Assembly: GCF_964204645.1 (NCBI RefSeq)
Contig: NW_027437479.1
Coordinates: 1 to 54,953 of the forward strand
Source: Tubulanus polymorphus
Lineage: Eukaryota > Animalia > Nemertea
DNA length: 54,953 nucleotides
Reading direction: 5' to 3'
The notes under the pieces are model-generated. The model searched no databases, had not been told where the DNA came from, and saw nothing but the letters and a program-made list of their open reading frames with translations. This document shows, piece by piece, positions 51,101 to 54,953 of this stretch (position 1 is the stretch's first letter; the number at the start of each line of letters is the position of its first letter). Position numbers and translations under genes: made by a program.

Positions 51101-52080
51101 ATGCGCAAAAGCGCTCAAATCGACGGGAAAAGCACATTTCGACCCGAAAACGTCGTTCAGCGCGAGAAAAGACGTTTTCGTATCGAATATTCGCCCTATC
51201 GGAAAAACGACGATGTCGATGCGTAAAAGCGCTCAAATCGTCAGGAAAAGCGCATTTCGGCCCGAAAACGTCGTTCAGCGCGAGAAAAGACGTTTTCTCG
51301 TCAACTTCTCCCCGTATCGGAAAAATGATAATGCCGATGCGCAAAAGCGCTCAAATCGACGGGAAAAGCACATTTCGGCCCGAAAACGTCGTTCAGCGCG
51401 AGAAAAGACGTTTTCTCGTCAACTTCTCCCCGTATCGGAAAAATGATAATGTCGATGCGTAAAAGCTCTAAAATCGACGGGAAAAGCACATATCGACCCG
51501 AAAACGTCGTTCAGCGCGAGAAAAGACGTTTTCGTATCGAATATTCCCCCTATCGGAAAAACGACAATGTCGATTCGTAAAAGCGCTCAAATCGTCAGGA
51601 AAAGCACATTTCGGCCCGAAAACGTCGTACAGCGCGAGAAAAGACGTTTTCTCGACGGGAAAAGCACATTTCGGTCCGAAAACGTCGTTCAGCGCGAGAA
51701 AAGACGTTTTCTCGTCAATTTCTCCCCGTATCGGAGAAATTATAATGCCGATGCGCAAAAGCGCTCAAATCGACGGGAAAAGCACATTTCGGCCCGAAAA
51801 CGTCGTTCAGCGCGAGAAAAGACGTTTTCTCGTCAACTTCTCCCCGTATCGGAAAAATGATAATGTCGATGCGCAAAAGCGCTCAAATCGACGGGAAAAA
51901 CACATTTCGGCCCGAAAACGTCGTTCAGCGCGAGAAAAGAAGTTTTCGTATCGAATATTCCCCCTATCGGAAAAACGACGATGTCGATGCGTAAAAGCGC
52001 TCAAATCGTCAGGAAAAGCACATTTCGGCCCGAAAACGTCGTTCAGCGCGAGAAAAGACGTTTTCTCGACGGGAAAAGCA

Positions 52081-52800
52081 CTTTTCGACTCGAAAACGTC
52101 TTTCAGCGCGAGAAAAGACGTTTTCGTATCAAATATTCCCCCTATGGGAAAAACGACAATGTCGATGCGTAAAAGCGCTCAAATCGTCAGGAAAACCACT
52201 TTTCGACTCGAAAACGTCGTTCAGCGCGAGAAAAGACGTTTTCGTATCAAATATTCCCCTTATGGGAAAAACGACAATATCGATGCGTAAAAGCGCTCAA
52301 ATCGTCAGGAAAAGCACTTTTCGACGCGAAAACGTCGTTCAGCGCGAGAAAAGACGTTTTCGTATCAAATATTCCCCCTATCGGAAAAACGGCAATGTCG
52401 GTGCGTAAAAGCGCTCAAATCGTCAGGAAAAGCACTTTTCGACGCGAAAACGTCGTTCAGCGCGAGAAAAGACGTTTTCGTATCAAATATTCCCCCTATG
52501 GGAAAAACGGCAATGTCGATGCGTAAAAGCGCTCAAATCGTCAGGAAAAGCACTTTTCGACGCGAAAACGTCGTTCAGCTCGAGAAAAGACGTTTTCGTA
52601 CCAAATATTCCCCCTATGGGAAAAACGACAATGTCGATGCGTAAAAGCGCTCAAATCGTCAGGAAAAGCACTTTTCGACGCGAAAACGTCGTTCAGCGCG
52701 AGAAAAGACGTTTTCGTATCAAATATTCCCCCTATGGGAAAAACGACAATGTCGATGCGTAAAAGCGCTCAGATCGTCAGGAAAACCACTTTTCGATCCG
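52081..52800. repeat. Patch of variant-C monomers (A-like backbone with cctatggg and tttcgacgcg/tttcgactcg)
   Basis: About six consecutive monomers with atcaaatatt and mostly tatgggaaaa. Similar patches occur at about 32,120-32,283, 42,723-42,886 and 54,548-54,953. Confidence 0.85.
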
Positions 52801-54953
52801 AAAACGTCGTTCAGCGCGAGAAAAGACGTTTTCGTATCGAATATTCCCCCTATCGGAAAAACGACGATGTCGATGCGTAAAAGCGCTCAAATCGTCAGGA
52901 AAAGCACATTTCGGCCCGAAAACGTCGTTCAGCGCGAGAAAAGACGTTTTCTCGTCAACTTCTCCCCGTATTGGAAAAATGATAATGTCGATGCGTAAAA
53001 GCTCTCAAATCGACGGGAAAAGCACATATCGACCCGAAAACGTCGTTCAGCGCGAGAAAAGACGTTTTCGTATCGAATATTCCCCCTATCGGAAAAACGA
53101 CGATGTCGATGCGTAAAAGCGCTCAAATCGTCAGGAAAAGCACATTTCGGCCCGAAAACGTCGTACAGCGCGAGAAAAGACGTTTTCTCGACGGGAAAAG
53201 CACATTTCGGTCCGAAAACGTCGTTCAGCGCGAGAAAAGAAGTTTTCGTATCGAATATTCCCCCTATCGGAAAAACGACGATGTCGATGCGTAAAAGCGC
53301 TCAAATCGTCAGGAAAAGCACATTTCGGCCCGAAAACGTCGTTCAGCGCGAGAAAAGACGTTTTCTCGTCAACTTCTCCCCGTATCGGAAAAATGATAAT
53401 GTCGATGCGTAAAAGCGCTCAAATCGTCAGGAAAAGCACTTTTCGACCCGAAAACGTCGTTCAGCGCGAGAAAAGACGTTTTCTCGACGGGAAAAGCACA
53501 TTTCGGTCCGAAAACGTCGTTCAGCGCGAGAAAAGACGTTTTCGTATCGAATATTGCCCCTATCGGAAAAACGACGACGTCGATGCGTAAAAGCGCTCAA
53601 ATCGTCAGGAAAAGCACTTTTCGACCCGAAAACGTCGTTCAGCGCGAGAAAAGACGTTTTCTCGACGGGAAAAGCACATTTCGGTCCAAAAACGTCGTTC
53701 AGCGCGAGAAAAGACGTTTTCTCGTCAACTTCTCCCCGTATCGGAAAAATGATAATGTCGATGCGTAAAAGCGCTCAAATCGACGGGAAAAGCACATTTC
53801 GGTCCGAAAACGTCGTTCAGCGCGAGAAAAGACGTTTTCTCGTCAACTTCTCCCCGTATCGGAAAAATGATAATGCCGATGCGCAAAAGCGCTCAAATCG
53901 ACGGGAAAAGCACATTTCGACCCGAAAACGTCGTTCAGCGCGAGAAAAGACGTTTTCTCGACGGGAAAAGCACATTTCGGTCCGAAAACGTCGTTCAGCG
54001 CGAGAAAAGACGTTTTCTCGTCAACTTCTCCCCGTATCGGAAAATGATAATGCCGATGCGCAAAAGCGCTCAAATCGACGGGAAAAGCACATTTCGGTCC
54101 GAAAACGTCGTTCAGCGCGAGAAAAGACGTTTTCTCGTCAACTTCTCCCCGTATCGGAAAAATGATAATGTCGATGCGTAAAAGCTCTCAAATCGACGGG
54201 AAAAGCACATATCGACCCGAAAACGTCGTTCAGCGCGAGAAAAGACGTTTTCGTATCGAATATTCCCCCTATCGGAAAAACGACGATGTCGATGCGTAAA
54301 AGCGCTCAAATCGTCAGGAAAAGCACATTTCGGCCCGAAAACGTCGTACAGCGCGAGAAAAGACGTTTTCTCGACGGGAAAAGCACATTTCGGTCCGAAA
54401 ACGTCGTTCAGCGCGAGAAAAGACGTTTTCTCGTCAATTTCTCCCCGTATCGGAAAAATGATAATGCCGATGCGCAAAAGCGCTCAAATCGACGGGAAAA
54501 GCACATTTCGGTCCGAAAACGTCGTTCAGCGCGAGAAAAGACGTTTTCGTATCAAATATTCCCCCTATCGGAAAAACGGCAATGTCGGTGCGTAAAAGCG
54601 CTCAAATCGTCAGGAAAAGCACTTTTCGACGCGAAAACGTCGTTCAGCGCGAGAAAAGACGTTTTCGTATCAAATATTCCCCCTATGGGAAAAACGACAA
54701 TGTCGATGCGTAAAAGCGCTCAAATCGTCAGGAAAAGCACTTTTCGACGCGAAAACGTCGTTCAGCTCGAGAAAAGACGTTTTCGTACCAAATATTCCCC
54801 CTATGGGAAAAACGACAATGTCGATGCGTAAAAGCGCTCAAATCGTCAGGAAAAGCACTTTTCGACGCGAAAACGTCGTTCAGCGCGAGAAAAGACGTTT
54901 TCGTATCAAATATTCCCCCTATGGGAAAAACGACAATGTCGATGTGTAAAGGG

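Larger units (their letters stand above)
39115..54953. repeat. 118-bp satellite, domain B right of the retroelement, with variant-C patches
   Basis: Same B alleles and 60-bp short monomers as the left part, in the same orientation on both sides of the insertion. Confidence 0.97.

Noticed and set aside
425-54831. Hundreds of MSMRKSAQIVRK / MRIGIIIF-type ORFs
   Set aside because: They are translations of the 118-bp satellite. Their lengths depend on chance indels and stop-removing variants, the period is not a multiple of 3, and they show no protein motifs.
1-54953. CRISPR-like reading (conserved palindromic ~33-bp core plus variable part)
   Set aside because: The intervening segments are near-identical to each other rather than unique spacers, and there are no cas genes or leader.
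54940-54953. Departure from consensus in the final bases (gatgtgtaaaggg)
   Set aside because: Too short to interpret. It may be a low-quality contig end or the start of other sequence.

Overview
Eukaryotic-looking tandem satellite array with a 118-bp monomer (about 45% GC, CpG-rich, phased A/T tracts), head-to-tail on one strand across the whole window. It has two sharply separated subfamily domains: A (1 to about 20,224) and B (about 20,225 to the end), with short patches of a third variant C inside B. The only non-satellite sequence is a 3,440-bp insertion (35,675-39,114) of a Penelope-like retroelement (PLE, Neptune-type RT plus GIY-YIG endonuclease) on the minus strand. The element is 5'-truncated and has an 845-bp inverted pseudo-LTR, a 38-nt 3' tail, a 14-bp target-site duplication and a minimal hammerhead ribozyme motif in each pLTR copy. 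An uninterrupted empty-site paralog of the insertion context lies about 7.8 kb downstream of the element's right end. All other ORFs in the track are translations of the satellite or of the AAT microsatellite. The organism cannot be determined from the sequence. A centromeric or pericentromeric location is plausible but is inference only.
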